This document shows, one piece after another, positions 61,444 through 64,000 of a DNA stretch of 64,000 nt. The position numbers and the translations under genes were made by a program. The notes under the pieces are model-generated. The model saw only the letters and a list, made by a program, of their open reading frames with translations, ran no database searches and was not told the DNA's origin. The number at the start of each line of letters is the position of its first letter. Position 1 is the first letter of the stretch. The DNA comes from Octopus vulgaris (taxonomy: Eukaryota): NCBI GenBank assembly GCA_951406725.2, contig OX597837.1:11470001-11534000 (forward strand). The letters are read 5' to 3'.

Positions 61444-62992
61444 TATTCATACTTTTACGTACACCACGTATATAAATACACATAAATATATTTTTTATTC
61501 ATATATATATATATGTGTGTGTGTGTGTATTATACGTAATATATATTTATAAATAATATAAATTAGATTTATATGCATATGTGTAGGTGAACATTTTAAC
61601 CGAAAAGTTGATACTACTGAGACTTACCTACAATAAACTCCAAAATCTACAATGCAGATTTTGGTATTTATTGTAGTGAAGTATTCTTCTTGCAAGGTAA
61701 GAATTGTCACGCGCTGAACACTGTTAGAATGGAATCCATGAACACATTCAAAAAGGAAAAAAGATTTCAAAATGTCTGTGGATACGACTCTAAATACAGT
61801 CATATATTAAATGCAACAGTGGTATTCATAACTGATACATGGAACTTTTATAGCAATAGTAATATGAAACTGTGGTATGCTAATGTCAATTCCGTCTATT
61901 CACTCTTTCTTCCATAGAAACGCTGTTAATAATATTAATAACAGTAAGGAGTTCGTATCCAGCTTCATCTTTCGCAGGAACTCTTTTAACCATTCTGCTC
62001 ATTGTTATGATGTTGCGTTAAAAGACAGAAGCTTCAAAGACTGGATTTCTCATATACAGAATAGCGCTAATGATTAGAAAAATGTGATAAATAGGAAAGG
62101 AAATATATTGTGTTCCTTCATAATGCTTAAGTCTTGCTTATGATATCACCAGGATTTTTCTGAAACTTATAAATGAGCATTTCAGCGTAGACTATAGATA
62201 TCATAAAGTCTTTAATAGAAATAACATTAAGATAAGGCATAACTGCACCGAAAACTCCATTGCTTCTATGGCCTGTATAAGCAGATGTAACGTTTCTGGT
62301 ATGAACAGGCAAAGCACTTCTCGTCTAACTGCAGCCTTTCTGCTATCTTTTTTTCTACGGTTGGTGTCTTCTCTAAGGCATTTGTACATCGAGCAGATGT
62401 ACCTGTGGCAAATGAAGGTGAAACAAAACGTTATAAAATTACTTCGAAAACATTGATAGGTTTTCGCAACGTAAGTATACATCCAGAGACACACAAATGC
62501 CTTGTTGCTTCCCTATTCTAATACATCTTGAATTTACAACTTGAAAATGTTAGCAATTATAGATTTGATTAGTCTATTGCAAAACACATACGATTCTCTA
62601 CATTAGTGGCTCCAGGAGGTGTAAAAGTTGTTTTACAGAGAAGCGTAACACCTTATTACAGCCCATTAGAATTAGTCAGGAAATATCGGAATTAGCGAAT
62701 TTTGACAGTCCTGTATCGATATTAATGAGTTTCCCAATCTCAACAACCTAAAATCATTTTTCCCACATTTCATCATATTATGAAAAATGACCTTTCGGCA
62801 TGAGGCGTTGAATCGTTTGCAATGAAGAACAACAATTTGGATATGGGGAATAATATCCGTTATCCAATGTCTTTCTGGGAGACAAAGCAGAAGCAATTAA
62901 CAATCAATATGGCACCGAATTCTCTTTTCTTGTTTTTTGTTGTTTTTTATATATTTCTTACTGCGGGGAAACTTGCAACTATTCATGATATA

Positions 62993-63397
62993 TTTACTCT
63001 TTTACTTGTTACAGTCATTTGACTGTGGCCATGCTGGAGCACTGCCTTTAGTCGAGCAAATCGACCCCAGGACTTATTCTTTGTGAGCCTAGTACTTATT
63101 CTATCGGTCTGTTTTGCCGAACCGCTAAGTTACTGGAACGTAAACACACCACCATCGGTTGTCATGCGATGTTGGGGGCACAAACACAGACATACAAGCA
63201 TATACACACGCATACATATATACATACATATATACGACGGGCTTCTTTCAGTTTCCGTCTACCAAATCCACTCGCAAGGCTTTGGTCAGCCCAAGGCTAT
63301 AGTAGAAGACACTTGCCCAAAGTGCCACGCAGTGGGACTGAACCGGGAACCACGTGGTTCGTAAGCAAGCTACTTACCACACAGTCATTCCTACGCC
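62993..63397 (-). mobile_element. SINE family A, full length
   Basis: As 35434-35883. Confidence 0.9.
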
Positions 63398-63492
63398 TGG
63401 TAGAGAGAATGAATTATATAACACACAAATATGTATTTGAGTACGGGCAATATATTTATATATGTATAAATACACACACACACACACACACA

Positions 63493-63546
<54 letters not shown>

Positions 63547-64000
63547 AAGGTAGAAGCTAATTGCACATATGCACATACATATATGTCTATATAATATATA
63601 TGTATACGCACACACACACATATATGCATGTATGTATGGACATATGTATTATGCATATATACATGTATGTAATTATATAAACTACGTTATTAAACCACCC
63701 GTATTGAGAATTCTATAATTCTGTGTGTCTTTCCGTTCATATATTGTAATTCTCTCCTTATCTTGAATCTTACACAAATTATATATAGAAGACAAAACGA
63801 AGCACGACAGATTGCTTCTAAGCCATTGAGAAACACAATCTGGAGAATGTTTCATTAACACATATTAAGTGTTAGATACATACTGCAAATTATATTATGT
63901 CAATTACAACCGAAATGACTTAACGTCAAGTCCTCAGAGCCGTGTAACTTATATATACGTAATATTATTAGATTAGAGGTCATGACTGCGACGATGATTC

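Noticed and set aside
61640-62500. Possible old hAT-type transposase relic (ADFGIYCSEVFFLQGKN...)
   Set aside because: Only a short motif resemblance with many stops; needs BLASTx.

Overview
Eukaryotic, AT-rich, repeat-saturated DNA with no recognisable intact host gene. The repeat families and extreme (TA)n/(TATG)n/(GATA)n/(CA)n/(TTA)n density suggest a cephalopod such as Octopus (inference). Nearly all ORFs in the track are microsatellite translations. Recognisable contents: four tRNA-derived SINE families; fragments of CR1-like and R4/Dong-like LINEs; DD37D mariner (maT) and Merlin transposase remnants; a Helitron RepHel remnant plus three non-autonomous Helitron-like elements; a Penelope-like GIY-YIG 3' end; many Penelope-type minimal hammerhead ribozymes; several fold-back palindromes. 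Two highlights. (1) A nearly invariant array of 12.3 copies of a 479-bp unit (49863-55771) in which every unit carries a type I hammerhead ribozyme on the minus strand, with an inverted partial copy next to it; this is a retrozyme-like, possibly circRNA-producing, locus. (2) A dispersed repeat with two copies (9503-9570 minus, 18694-18760 plus) that contains all hammerhead core nucleotides and base-paired stems I and III, but in a non-canonical, pseudoknotted strand order. All structures were read by eye; no folding or database search was run.
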